Source: Candidatus Latescibacterota bacterium (GTDB taxonomy: Bacteria; Latescibacterota; UBA2968). Taken from it: a stretch of DNA of 64,000 nucleotides. The notes below the pieces were generated by a model. It was not told the origin of the DNA and made no database searches. It was given only the letters and a program-made list of their open reading frames with translations. Each line of letters begins with the position of its first letter. Position 1 is the stretch's first letter. Below are positions 1 to 9,958 of this stretch, piece by piece. A program made the position numbers and the translations under genes. The stretch lies in the NCBI GenBank assembly GCA_965207885.1, contig OZ242311.1, positions 2,848,001 to 2,912,000 of the forward strand, in the 5' to 3' direction.

Positions 1-10
1 CAGACGCAAG

Positions 11-1579
11 TTGCCTATCGGCATTCAGACCTTCCGCAAAATTCGGGAGGAAAACTGCTACTATGTCGATAAAACGGCCCACATGCGACGACTGATAGAC
101 GAGGGCACGCACTACTTTTTATCGCGTCCACGTCGCTTTGGCAAAAGCCTGTTTCTGGACACACTGAAGGAACTGTTTGAGGGCAATGAACCGCTGTTTG
201 AGGGGCTTCATATCCATGACCACTGGGACTGGTCTGTTCGCCATCCCGTTCTGCAACTCGATTTTGGCATCGGCAATTTCAAAGATCCTGACTACTTGCA
301 AGCAAATGTGATGGAACAACTGGCCGCCATTGAAAGCCGGTCTGGAGTGGTTGCAGAGGCCGTGACAGCACCGGGTCGTTTTGCCTCACTGATTGAGGCA
401 TTGCACGATTGTGCTGGACAGCGTGTTGTCGTGCTTGTTGATGAATACGACAAGCCGATTCTCGACGCGCTTGAGGTGCCAGAGGTCGCACGCGCCAACC
501 GCGATTTTCTGCGTGGTCTGTATTCAACGATCAAGTCCAGTGATGCCTATATCAAATTCACATTCCTCACGGGCGTCAGCAAATTCTCCAAAGTCAGCTT
601 GTTCTCTGGCCTCAACAATCTTACAGACATCACCATTGATCCACAATACTCCGCCATTTGTGGCTACACCGAGGCGGACCTCGACACCGTATTCGCGCCA
701 GAACTGCCGGGTCTGGATCGGGATGAGATCCGCGACTGGTACAATGGCTATAGTTGGCGTGGACAGGAGAAGGTCTATAACCCCTTCGACATCCTCTTGC
801 TGTTCAGAAGGCAGAGCTTCGAATCCTATTGGTTTGAGACTGGCACGCCTACATTTCTGATCGAGACACTACTATCGCGCGGGGTCGGTGCGCTGGCGCT
901 GGACAACATGCTGGGCAGTGATGATTTGCTGTCGGCTTTTGATGTTGACCACATCGCCACCGAAGCCCTGCTATTCCAGACCGGCTATCTCACGATTATC
1001 CAAACCGAACCGCGCGGTGGCGAGATGTATTATCGGCTATCCTACCCGAATCGGGAAGTACGTCAGAGCTTGAACAGGAGCCTGCTAAATCACCTGACTG
1101 GCGATCCTTCACAGCGCACGGAGCATCGCGCCCGTCTGTATGACCTGCTGCTGGTCAATGACTTCGCTGGCCTGGAAAACCTGTTCAAGGCGTTCTTTGC
1201 CAGCATCCCCTATCAGTGGCACACAAACAATGAAATAGCGAACTACGAAGGCTATTACGCCAGCGTGTTCTACTCCTACTTCGCATCGGTGGGATTCGAC
1301 ATCGTTGTGGAAGACAGTGGCAGCGATGGGCGTCTGGACATGGCGGTTCGTTTCAACGACAATGTGTATCTGTTCGAGTTCAAAGTGGTGGAATTGGCAT
1401 CTGAAGGGGCTGCAATGGCGCAATTGCAGGCAAAGGGATATGCGGACAAATACCGCGACCTGGATCAGCCGATTCATCTGATCGGGGTAGAGTTCAGCCG
1501 CGAGACCCGCAATCTGATAGGGTTCGAGACAGCGCTTGCAGGAAGAGTACAAACCGATAATGGTGTAAATGATAGATAA
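11..1579 (+). CDS. AAA-ATPase-like domain protein with C-terminal PD-(D/E)XK nuclease domain
   Basis: N-terminal PIGIQTF..YYVDKT, Walker A SRPRRFGKS, Walker B VLVDEYDKP, C-terminal GRLDM..FEFK..QL..KGY nuclease motif. The true start may lie just before the window edge. Confidence 0.85.
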   Translation: MPIGIQTFRKIREENCYYVDKTAHMRRLIDEGTHYFLSRPRRFGKSLFLDTLKELFEGNEPLFEGLHIHDHWDWSVRHPVLQLDFGIGNFKDPDYLQANVMEQLAAIESRSGVVAEAVTAPGRFASLIEALHDCAGQRVVVLVDEYDKPILDALEVPEVARANRDFLRGLYSTIKSSDAYIKFTFLTGVSKFSKVSLFSGLNNLTDITIDPQYSAICGYTEADLDTVFAPELPGLDRDEIRDWYNGYSWRGQEKVYNPFDILLLFRRQSFESYWFETGTPTFLIETLLSRGVGALALDNMLGSDDLLSAFDVDHIATEALLFQTGYLTIIQTEPRGGEMYYRLSYPNREVRQSLNRSLLNHLTGDPSQRTEHRARLYDLLLVNDFAGLENLFKAFFASIPYQWHTNNEIANYEGYYASVFYSYFASVGFDIVVEDSGSDGRLDMAVRFNDNVYLFEFKVVELASEGAAMAQLQAKGYADKYRDLDQPIHLIGVEFSRETRNLIGFETALAGRVQTDNGVNDR

Positions 1580-1622
1580 TCCCGAAGACGTGCCTCTCAA
1601 AGCCTGGCTCGAAGAACAAGAG
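1569..1622 (+). pseudogene. 5' stub of a gene (MIDNPEDVPLKAWLEEQ..) cut by the IS3 left end
   Basis: ATG at 1569 overlaps the end of the upstream gene. The frame is open up to the IS3 IRL. Confidence 0.4.
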
Positions 1623-1677
1623 TGGACTTGACCCGTTTTAGTGGACAACTTATCTCTTTCAGAGAAAGGAGTCCGCA

Positions 1678-1989
1678 ATGGGAAGAAAAAGATCATATCC
1701 ATCAGCATTTCGCCAGCAAATGGTCGCGCTGGTCAGATCAGGCCGTAGTGCCAGCGATTTGGCCAAAGAGTTTGAGCCGACCGCTCAGACGATCAGTGCC
1801 TGGGTGCGTCAAGCAGACCGCGATGAAGGCCGTCGGGACGATGGGTTGACCAGTCGTGAGCGAGAAGAACTTCAGCGGCTTCGCAAAGAAAATAAACGCT
1901 TGCGTCAAGAGCGTGAGATCCTTGCAAAAGCCGCGGCCTGGTTCGCAGCGGAGACCGATGCGATACCCCCAAAATCTTCAGATACATAA
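1678..1989 (+). CDS. IS3 transposase OrfA (HTH_Tnp_1 plus leucine zipper)
   Basis: YPSAFRQQMVALVRSG..LAKEF..TISAWVRQ and EELQRLRKENKRLRQEREILAKAAAWF. Confidence 0.92.
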   Translation: MGRKRSYPSAFRQQMVALVRSGRSASDLAKEFEPTAQTISAWVRQADRDEGRRDDGLTSREREELQRLRKENKRLRQEREILAKAAAWFAAETDAIPPKSSDT

Positions 1990-2870
1990 AGGCGCATCAG
2001 GCCATCCATCCGATCACCATGCTATGCCGCGTGCTGGGTGTCTCCACCAGTGGGTATTATGCCTGGTGTAATAGACCTTTATCTAAACGGGCAAAGGACG
2101 ATGAAAAGTTAACAGAACAAATAAGCACCTTTCATCAGCGTTCTAATGGAACCTATGGCGCACCGCGTATCTTTCAGGATCTGCGCGAAGTAGGTGTCCA
2201 CATCAGCAAGAAACGGGTCGCAAGACTGATGCGACAAGCCAATATATGTGGTGTGAGCCGAAGAAAAGGTATCCTGACTACATACCGGTCTATCACAGAC
2301 GAGAAAGCCCCTGATCTGGTTAAGCGAGACTTTAGGGTTGATAAGCCCAACAAGCTGTGGGTCGCTGATATTACCTACATAAAAACCTGGTCTGGCTTTT
2401 TGTATCTCTCTGTTGTTCTCGACGCCTTCTCCAGACGCGTAGTTGGTTGGGCAATGGCCTCGCATCTGAAGACCCAACTGGTCTTAGATGCCTTGGATAT
2501 GGCACTTTGGAACCGACGACCAGATGGGGTCATCCATCATTCAGATCAAGGCGCTCAATATACCTCTTATGCCTTTGGTCAACGCTGTGCAAGAATGGGG
2601 GTCAAACCCTCTGTCGGATCGGTTGGCGATTGCTTTGACAATGCCTTGTGTGAAAGCTTCTTTGCTACCCTTGAATGCGAGTTGATAGACCGGCATAGCT
2701 TCCCCAATCATAATCAGGCCAAACTGTCTATCTTCGAGTATATTGAAGGGTGGTATAACCCACACCGCAGACACTCTGCGATCAGGTACCAATCGCCCAT
2801 CACCTATGAAAAACTGATGGCAAAAGGTGACGGGGTTGAAAGTTCTACACTATCCACTAAAACGGGGTAA
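1971..2870 (+). CDS. IS3 transposase OrfB (rve DDE), probably expressed as OrfAB by -1 frameshift
   Basis: LWVADITY, HHSDQGAQY and DNALCESFF motifs. The -1 frame is open from about 1971, with slippery heptamer C-CCA-AAA at 1968-1974. Confidence 0.92.
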   Translation, partial: KIFRYIKAHQAIHPITMLCRVLGVSTSGYYAWCNRPLSKRAKDDEKLTEQISTFHQRSNGTYGAPRIFQDLREVGVHISKKRVARLMRQANICGVSRRKGILTTYRSITDEKAPDLVKRDFRVDKPNKLWVADITYIKTWSGFLYLSVVLDAFSRRVVGWAMASHLKTQLVLDALDMALWNRRPDGVIHHSDQGAQYTSYAFGQRCARMGVKPSVGSVGDCFDNALCESFFATLECELIDRHSFPNHNQAKLSIFEYIEGWYNPHRRHSAIRYQSPITYEKLMAKGDGVESSTLSTKTG

Positions 2871-2875
2871 CTCCA

Positions 2876-3260
2876 CTTCATCGAATAATTCAAGTCGGTC
2901 ACAGATTCCTTGTAGGCTATTGATGCTATCGGCCATATTTCTTTGGTACTCCTCATATACCCTATATTGCCAGTCGGTAGGAAACCCGGCGTTAAGCCTG
3001 TTCTCCATATCCTGAAGATCCAATCTATAGTAGTGGAAATTTTCGTATTCATCTTCTATCGACAAGTTATCAAATAGCTTTATCAAAAGGTCCTTGTTGT
3101 ATTTTGACCAATTGTTGGCTTCTATACCGCTTTTGTCCAATTCATCTTCTGAACATATCTGCCGATCACAGAGTAGTTCTCCTTTCTCAATTTGCGCTTG
3201 TATTTTATCTTTTGCCTCTTTTCTACTCACACGCAACTTTGGCAGAGCTGTCTCTTCCAT
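2876..3260 (-). pseudogene. N-terminal ~128 aa of a gene truncated by the IS3 right end; resembles the helical N-terminus of TIR-like nucleotide-binding proteins
   Basis: RBS gaggg plus ATG at 3260. The frame runs into the IRR, so the final VELPRFSG is IS-encoded. The family resemblance is from memory only. Confidence 0.55.
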
Positions 3261-3332
3261 AATTTCCCTCTATTTTTACGCTGTTCCAAGAGCCACAATT
3301 CCTATGTCAACGTGAGATTTTACGAGTTTTTT

Positions 3333-4529
3333 CATAGTACACGACAAAACCTAAATCGGGTTAAAATCTGGCGGATTAATCAGTAAACGAATGCATTTGA
3401 GGAACTGCTGGGCTTGTTGGTGTATATTGAGCAGGACATACTGCAAATAGTCCAACCCATATCGGAAGAGACTTTTTTCCATCCGTCCGTGGTTTTTGAC
3501 CTTCAAAGGTTTTGTAAGGGCGATCCATTCGCCGATGATATGGGCCCAGGTGCAGGCAATAGCCAAAAGCGCGATGAGTTTTTCAATGCGATCTTGATGT
3601 ATAAGGTGGGTCTCTTCCAGATTAAATCCTCGACTTTTCAAATTTGCAAAAAGGACTTCAATGCCCCAACGTTTTTTATACACCTCCAATGCGACTTGAC
3701 GTTGTTGGTTGCTTGCAAGAATGAGGTATTGATCCTTCAATCTTAGCGCAGACACATACACAGGTAGGTCATAAACGCGGCGAGGTCTTTGTAGGCTGAC
3801 CTGCTGATGGATGTGCAAATTTTCAAAGAGTTTTTTTATGGGTATCTCTCTATCTGCCCTTGAGACAAGGGCATTTTCCTTGATGCGGATGACAAAAGGG
3901 ATGTTTTGTGTGTCTAACCACGCAAACCATTCTCTTCCAATGAATTCTCTATCTGCCAATACAACGCGGATATGAGACTTGGGAATGCGCGTAAGCACCT
4001 GTTTCATCAAATTGATACGCTCATCACTATTGGAATTGCCTCGTTTTTTTAACAAGTGCCAACACATAGGAAAGGCGACCCCTTCATAGATAATGCCTGC
4101 GGTTAGGATGTTGATATTGAATTTGCCTAACTTCCAATTAGTGCGATCTATTGAGACTGCAAAATCGGTCTTTATAGGTAATAAGTGCAAGATCAGTCGC
4201 GTCACGGCTTCATAAGGAATGTCAAACTCAGCGAAAAAACGCTGTATCCTGCGGTAATTTGATTGCGGTTTGACCTGTCCATTTAGCGCATTAGCCAATT
4301 TGGCGAAGTTGACCCTGCTCAGCTTGACCAAAGACAAGATGAAGGCCGCTGTGAAAGTGATGCGTGCTTTATGCCACCCAAAATGGCCTTGCAATACATG
4401 GTGAAGTTGTATAACTTGACGAGACATAGACCTGTGCCTTGTTGAGATGAGAAGGTTCGTTTTCACACATTCAAACCTAACTCTTTTTCACGTTTTGCAC
4501 AGGTCTTTTATTTTTTGTCGTGTACTTTA
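3333..4529 (-). mobile_element. IS4-family (IS10 group, ISAba1-like) element, copy 1, 1197 bp
   Basis: Ends catagtacacgacaaa and tttgtcgtgtacttta. 9-bp TSD gagtttttt at 3324-3332 and 4530-4538. Confidence 0.95.
3351..4466 (-). CDS. IS4-family DDE transposase
   Basis: YRRIQRFF, IDRTNWK, KKRGNS, ADREFIG and YKKRWGIEVLFANLKSRGFNLE (YREK) motifs. The start may be the downstream MSRQ. Confidence 0.95.
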   Translation of the reverse strand: MKTNLLISTRHRSMSRQVIQLHHVLQGHFGWHKARITFTAAFILSLVKLSRVNFAKLANALNGQVKPQSNYRRIQRFFAEFDIPYEAVTRLILHLLPIKTDFAVSIDRTNWKLGKFNINILTAGIIYEGVAFPMCWHLLKKRGNSNSDERINLMKQVLTRIPKSHIRVVLADREFIGREWFAWLDTQNIPFVIRIKENALVSRADREIPIKKLFENLHIHQQVSLQRPRRVYDLPVYVSALRLKDQYLILASNQQRQVALEVYKKRWGIEVLFANLKSRGFNLEETHLIHQDRIEKLIALLAIACTWAHIIGEWIALTKPLKVKNHGRMEKSLFRYGLDYLQYVLLNIHQQAQQFLKCIRLLINPPDFNPI

Positions 4530-4536
4530 GAGTTTT

Positions 4537-4809
4537 TTAATAAATTTCTCGACGATGCCCGACATTCTCAACAACGACTTGATGTCCTGCTGTATCAAGG
4601 CGATAGATCACGCGGAAGGCTCCAACACGCAGAGAACGCTTATCCTTGAGCCGACCTTTCAGGGATTTCCCTAAATAGGGTTGCTGGACTAATGCGTCAA
4701 TCCGTCGTGCAATTCGTTCCATCATACGCCGATCTAATCGCTCGAGATTTCGCTCAGCCCTTGGTGTTATAACGATCTGATATTGAGGCGTTGCTTCACC
4801 CTGTCCCAA
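4537..4809 (-). CDS. RelE/ParE-family type II toxin
   Basis: ~90 aa with LKG..RSLRVGAFRVIY..VGHRREIY C-terminus. Start codon uncertain. Confidence 0.85.
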   Translation of the reverse strand: MGQGEATPQYQIVITPRAERNLERLDRRMMERIARRIDALVQQPYLGKSLKGRLKDKRSLRVGAFRVIYRLDTAGHQVVVENVGHRREIY

Positions 4810-5147
4810 GAAACCCCCTCACCATTTGCGAGTTGTTTTTCCGATTCGGCAATGTCGGCCATCGTGTCAGGGTCGGCGAAAATTTCTGCGGTCTCCCGCC
4901 AGGCATTGACTACATCATCAACACCTGTACCATTGTCCTGTGCGGCATTGGAGAGTTCCTCGAAAAATTCGTCGCATTCCGCATCGGATAGGTACTGAAC
5001 CCACGGATAGACCGACAACAGGTCAGTCCGTTTGGGACACTCTCGATTTTTGAGAGAACTCAGCAAACTGATTACCACCTCCAAACTCTCATCGGAGAGC
5101 TTATCGAGCATCTGTTTTGCTTCCGTCCTCAAATCAACAGTCGCCAT
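4767..5147 (-). CDS. Putative antitoxin
   Basis: RBS ggag plus ATG at 5147. Acidic, with a C-terminal WRETAEIFADP..GEGVSWDRVK segment typical of RelB/Phd-type partners. Overlaps the toxin gene. Confidence 0.7.
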   Translation of the reverse strand: MATVDLRTEAKQMLDKLSDESLEVVISLLSSLKNRECPKRTDLLSVYPWVQYLSDAECDEFFEELSNAAQDNGTGVDDVVNAWRETAEIFADPDTMADIAESEKQLANGEGVSWDRVKQRLNIRSL

Positions 5148-5163
5148 TTTATATTTCTCCAAA

Positions 5164-7788
5164 TCATTCTTCCAACGCACGCTTCCATGCATCTAATTTC
5201 ACCAGCGCCTCAACCGGCGTGAGACGTGCTATGTCTAAATCGCGCAACTCAGACAGCATCGGATGATCTTCCCGCTCAACCTTCACTTCTGCTACCGGCG
5301 CAAACAGCGGCATCTGCCCATTCTCCTTCACGCGGTCGGGTTGGGGTTTTGATCCCACCGACAGATCGTTTTGCTCCAGCCGATTCAAAATCTCCTTTGC
5401 CCGCGCAATCATCTCTGCTGGCATCCCGGCCAGGCGCGCCACCTCAATGCCGTAGCTGTGGTCGCACCCGCCCGGCACCAGCTTGTGTAAAAACGCGATG
5501 GTATCGCCCGCCTCGCGCACAGCAACGCTGTAATTCACCACCCGCGGCAGCAAATCTTCCAACTCTGTCAACTCGTGATAATGCGTTGCAAACAACGTCC
5601 GCGGCTGAATCTGTTCGGCATTGTGCAAATACTCCGTCATTGCCCAGGCAATGCTCAATCCGTCAAACGTACTCGTCCCGCGCCCGATCTCATCCAAAAG
5701 CACCAGACTCTTCGGCGTCGCATTGTTCAAAATATTCGCCGCCTCATTCATCTCCACCAAAAACGTACTCTCGCCCCGCGCCAGATTATCGGATGCACCC
5801 ACCCGTGTAAAAATGCGATCCACCACCCCAATACGCGCCTCGCGCGCAGGCACAAAACTGCCGACCTGCGCCAAAAGCGCAATCAACCCGGTCTGGCGCA
5901 AAATCGTCGATTTCCCCGACATATTTGGGCCAGTAATCAGCAAAATTTGATCTTTCTCGCCGTCAATCGTCAGATCATTGGGCACAAACTGCCCGCCCGG
6001 AAGCAACTGCTCAACCGCGGGATGTCGCCCATCCTTCACATCAATACGCACGCTATTATCCACCTGGGGACGCACATAATCATTGGAGAACGCCACCTCG
6101 GCCAGCGTGCTCAACACATCTACGGTGGCCACGGATAGCGCCGTGCGCTGCACGGGCTCCACCCAACCGGCTACCTCTTCTCGCAACGCGGCAAACAAAT
6201 CGCGCTCAAGATCCCTGGCCCGCTCATCTGCGCCCAAAATTTTCGCCTCCCAATCCTTCAACTCCGGCGTGATATACCGCTCGGCATTGACCAGCGTTTG
6301 CTTGCGCACAAAATACGCGGGCACCTTATCCTGATTGGCCTTGGTGACCTCAATATAATATCCAAATGCCTTGTTATACCCCACCTTCAACGACGCAATA
6401 CCCGTTTTTTCGCGTTCCTCTGCCTGCAAGTTGGCAACCCAATCGCGCCCGCCCGATGCGATTTCCCGTAACTCGTCCAGTTCCTTGTGATAGCCCGTTC
6501 TAATATATCCGCCATCGCTAATCTGCGCAGGTGGATCGTCTTCAAGCGTGTGGGCAATCAAATCAATCAACTCTGTCAGGTCAGGCATGCCCTGATCGCG
6601 CGCCCGCACCAGCAAATCCGCGCGAAATTCACGCAGGGTTTCTCGCAGTGGAACAACTGCTTCCAGAGACCGCTGGAGAGCCACAAGCTCACGTGGATTG
6701 GCCCGATTGCAACAAATTCGGGACATCAACCGCTCCATGTCTCCAATGTGGCGCAACGCCTCTCGCGCTTCGTCCCGATGCGCCGCAGATTCGACAAATT
6801 CTTGTACTGCATCTAAGCGCGCATCGATGCGACCAACATCCACAAGCGGTTGTGATAACCATGTGCGCAGTGTCCGCGCGCCCTGCGGCGTACACGTCTG
6901 ATCTAAAACCCCAAACAACGTACCCTCGCGCCGCCCCTCTTGAATGGTTGTAACCAGTTCCAGATTGCGCTGTGTCACCAGATCCAATTCCATCATCGAC
7001 TCGGTGTGTTCGCGCGCCAATCGCGTAATATGGGATACGGCTCCCTTTTGATTTTCGCGCAAATAACACAGCACCCCGCCCGCGGCGCATATCCCAACGG
7101 TGAGATCATCGCATCCAAAGCCCTTGAGAGATGCCACTTTGAAATGCTCCCTCAGTGCATCGTACGCATAATGCTGTCCAAAATGCCAATCTTCTATATG
7201 CGTGAGCAATGCACCCGGCATCCGCGCTGCAAACTCGGCCTCATTGTCATTGACCCACGCCTCGGGCGCCAGCACCTCTGCGGGAGCCACGCGCTCCAAT
7301 ATCTCCCACAAATCATCTGCCGCGCGTTCCGATGCCCTGAACATCCCCGTTGACAAATCCGCTGTTGCCATGCCCAATTGATCGCCGGAAACAAAAATGC
7401 CCACGAGGTAATTATTGCGCTTTTGATCGAGCAAATCATCGGACATTACCGTTCCCGGCGACACGACCTGCACCACCTCGCGGCGCACCACTTTCTTGCC
7501 TTTTTGTGGCGGCTCCATCTGCTCGCAAATCGCCACCTTTTTTCCGGCTTTGATAAGTCTGGCGAGATAGGTATCCAGCGCGTGATGCGGCACGCCTGCC
7601 AGCGGGATGCGGTCTGCACGCCCATTGTTGCGCGATGTCAATGTCAACCCCAAAAGCTGAGATGCTACAACGGCGTCGTCGTAAAATGTCTCGTAAAAAT
7701 CGCCCATCCGAAACAGCAAAATCGCATCCGGATGTTGCTCCTTAAAACGCGCGTACTGTTCCATTGCCGGTGTTGTGTGCGTCGCCAT
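5164..7788 (-). CDS. mutS: DNA mismatch repair protein MutS
   Basis: TPAMEQY..FRMGDFYE, TGPNMSGKST, DEIGRGTST, FATHYHEL. Confidence 0.99.
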   Translation of the reverse strand: MATHTTPAMEQYARFKEQHPDAILLFRMGDFYETFYDDAVVASQLLGLTLTSRNNGRADRIPLAGVPHHALDTYLARLIKAGKKVAICEQMEPPQKGKKVVRREVVQVVSPGTVMSDDLLDQKRNNYLVGIFVSGDQLGMATADLSTGMFRASERAADDLWEILERVAPAEVLAPEAWVNDNEAEFAARMPGALLTHIEDWHFGQHYAYDALREHFKVASLKGFGCDDLTVGICAAGGVLCYLRENQKGAVSHITRLAREHTESMMELDLVTQRNLELVTTIQEGRREGTLFGVLDQTCTPQGARTLRTWLSQPLVDVGRIDARLDAVQEFVESAAHRDEAREALRHIGDMERLMSRICCNRANPRELVALQRSLEAVVPLRETLREFRADLLVRARDQGMPDLTELIDLIAHTLEDDPPAQISDGGYIRTGYHKELDELREIASGGRDWVANLQAEEREKTGIASLKVGYNKAFGYYIEVTKANQDKVPAYFVRKQTLVNAERYITPELKDWEAKILGADERARDLERDLFAALREEVAGWVEPVQRTALSVATVDVLSTLAEVAFSNDYVRPQVDNSVRIDVKDGRHPAVEQLLPGGQFVPNDLTIDGEKDQILLITGPNMSGKSTILRQTGLIALLAQVGSFVPAREARIGVVDRIFTRVGASDNLARGESTFLVEMNEAANILNNATPKSLVLLDEIGRGTSTFDGLSIAWAMTEYLHNAEQIQPRTLFATHYHELTELEDLLPRVVNYSVAVREAGDTIAFLHKLVPGGCDHSYGIEVARLAGMPAEMIARAKEILNRLEQNDLSVGSKPQPDRVKENGQMPLFAPVAEVKVEREDHPMLSELRDLDIARLTPVEALVKLDAWKRALEE

Positions 7789-7809
7789 CCCAAATCCTCT
7801 AAAAGCTTC

Positions 7810-8382
7810 TCATTCCCCAACCGCTTTTCGATACGAATAATCAAATAACAATTCCCACTCGCACAATTGGATCTCGCGGCAAAGCACGTCGTGTGCAGAA
7901 TGTCCTTCCAGAGCATCTGCACACAGATCAACATAGGCAAACGCATCCCAATGTGCTTGCGTCGTCAAAAATTCTGGCGCACCGGAAACACCACCAGAAA
8001 TGCGAGCCGCAGCCTTGCACAAATCGTCAAAAATGGGGTGGTTGCCCACTTTCCCAAACCAGTATTTTGAATTGGAAAAATCGGGTTCGCGGCGATGCAT
8101 GATACCGTGCCAATAACTTCCTGTCGCCGTATGAATGCCCTGGCTGATGGTGTGAGACGCATCTAAAAAGTTGTGATACAGCCACATACCAGAAATACAG
8201 GCCTGTGCCATATCTTCATCCACCACTGTTTTGCCCGCAAATGCAGACTGCACAGCCAGCGCGTCGAGCGCGCTTTTCGCCGCGGTATTCTCTTCGCCGC
8301 CATCCAGTGGATTCAATCGCTTTTCGGAAATCAATTCCGAAAAAACACCGCCATAATCACCTGTGTCAAAAGACATACTCAC
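7810..8382 (-). CDS. Hypothetical protein
   Basis: 190-aa ORF with RBS aggag, co-oriented with mutS. Motif SHTISQ..GSYWHGIMHRREPDFSNSKYWF. Confidence 0.8.
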   Translation of the reverse strand: MSMSFDTGDYGGVFSELISEKRLNPLDGGEENTAAKSALDALAVQSAFAGKTVVDEDMAQACISGMWLYHNFLDASHTISQGIHTATGSYWHGIMHRREPDFSNSKYWFGKVGNHPIFDDLCKAAARISGGVSGAPEFLTTQAHWDAFAYVDLCADALEGHSAHDVLCREIQLCEWELLFDYSYRKAVGE

Positions 8383-8466
8383 TCCTTTATTTTCTAATAC
8401 AGCGCGATAATCGCCTGTAAAAAACGCAAAAATTCTTTCTCTTCGGGAATATACTCAGAATTTCGG

Positions 8467-8503
8467 AAAAAAAAAGACCAATTCCTTTCGGAATCGGCCT
8501 TTT
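8467..8503 (-). terminator. Intrinsic terminator after mtaB
   Basis: Minus-strand hairpin ggccgattcc-gaaa-ggaattggtc followed by a T-run. Confidence 0.75.
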
Positions 8504-8521
8504 CTGTCCAGATCTCGCTGT

Positions 8522-9877
8522 TTATGCACTTTGCACCTGTAATAACTCCCGCGCGTGATGCTGTACTATTTCGCGCTCGAAACCCGCCAATTCTCCGACG
8601 ACCACATCGTCTTCAACCCGCTGCAAGCGCACATCTACAATCTCTTCACACGCGGCATCTGGAGCGGGCGCAACCACCCGGATATAATTATCGGTCAACC
8701 CCTGTAAAAACTGTCCATTGCGGCGGTTTTCAAAAAGCACGGGCAATGTGCGCCCAATAAACCCCGCTTGAAATGCCGCCACCTTTTGCTGTCCCAATTC
8801 GCGAAGTATTGCGCCGCGTTGCTTTTTTACCTGAGGATCAACCTGATTTGTCATGCGCGCTGCTGGCGTTTTCCCGCGTGGCGAATACGGAAATACATGC
8901 AAATACGTCATGGGATGATTGGCAATCAAATCGCGCGTATTTTGAAATGCCTCATCTGACTCACCGGGAAAACCCACCATCACATCGCCGCCAATGCCCA
9001 CATCGGGAATCCGATCCGCGAGTTTTTCAATCAGCGCGATATACTGCTCCCGCGTATAGGGGCGGCGCATTGCCTTCAACACACCATTATCACCACTTTG
9101 CAATGGAATGTGCAAATGTCTGCAAAATTTCTGGCTCGACGCAAAGAAGTCAATCATGGCATCGGTCACAAAAGTGGCTTCAATAGAACTCACGCGAAAG
9201 CGCTCCAATCCTTTGATCCCTTCAATAGCCCCCAACACCTGCAACAAATCGCGCGCCTCTAAATCCACGCCGTAATCGCCAATATGCACCCCCGTCAGCA
9301 CCACCTCTCGATAGCCTGCTGATACCAATTTCTCGACCTGCAATACGGTACTCTCAAGCGTGCGGCTGCGACTGCGCCCACGCGCAAACGGAATAATGCA
9401 AAACGAACAAAATTCATTGCATCCTTCCTGAATTTTGACAAAAGCCCGGGCACGTCCGCCAAAATTGTAAATATCCATATCCTGGAAATCAGCCGCGCGA
9501 CTGCGCGTCACGAATGTGCGTCCCAAAGAACAGGTATTATTTACCAGATCCAGAAGTTGCGTCCGCTCTGCTGTTCCGACCACCAGATCGACTTCGGGCA
9601 TTGCAGATAGGGCATCTGGATCGGTTTGTGCATAACACCCCACCGCAACCACGGTACCTGTGGGCGAAATCCGATGTGCTCTGCGCAATGCCTTGCGCGA
9701 CTGCGCGTCCCCCTGTCCGGTCACAGTGCATGTATTGACCACAGTAACATCAGCCAACTCGCCAAATGGCACCTCGCGATAACCCTGCGCCACAAACTGC
9801 TCGGCATACCACTGCGTGTCATAGGTATTGAGCTTACAACCCAGCGTATAAAACGCAACTGTCTTTTGATCTCGCAT
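8522..9877 (-). CDS. mtaB: tRNA t6A37 methylthiotransferase MtaB (radical SAM)
   Basis: TLGCKLN, NTCTVT, GCYAQ, CNEFCSFC, HVFPYSPR, TRAM-like tail. Start placed at MRDQK. Confidence 0.9.
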   Translation of the reverse strand: MRDQKTVAFYTLGCKLNTYDTQWYAEQFVAQGYREVPFGELADVTVVNTCTVTGQGDAQSRKALRRAHRISPTGTVVAVGCYAQTDPDALSAMPEVDLVVGTAERTQLLDLVNNTCSLGRTFVTRSRAADFQDMDIYNFGGRARAFVKIQEGCNEFCSFCIIPFARGRSRSRTLESTVLQVEKLVSAGYREVVLTGVHIGDYGVDLEARDLLQVLGAIEGIKGLERFRVSSIEATFVTDAMIDFFASSQKFCRHLHIPLQSGDNGVLKAMRRPYTREQYIALIEKLADRIPDVGIGGDVMVGFPGESDEAFQNTRDLIANHPMTYLHVFPYSPRGKTPAARMTNQVDPQVKKQRGAILRELGQQKVAAFQAGFIGRTLPVLFENRRNGQFLQGLTDNYIRVVAPAPDAACEEIVDVRLQRVEDDVVVGELAGFEREIVQHHARELLQVQSA

Positions 9878-9958
9878 AAAAATCAGCCATTTGAAAAAAC
9901 AAAGCGTTGAGGCGATATGCCCCAACGCTTTGCAACCGCCAGAAAGATCTGAGCAATC

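Larger units (their letters stand above)
1623..2875 (+). mobile_element. IS3-family insertion sequence (~1253 bp)
   Basis: IRL tggacttgacccgttttagtggaca (1623-) matches the reverse complement of the right end, tggagttaccccgttttagtggata (-2875). TG..CA ends, orfA/orfB inside, no target-site duplication. Confidence 0.93.
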
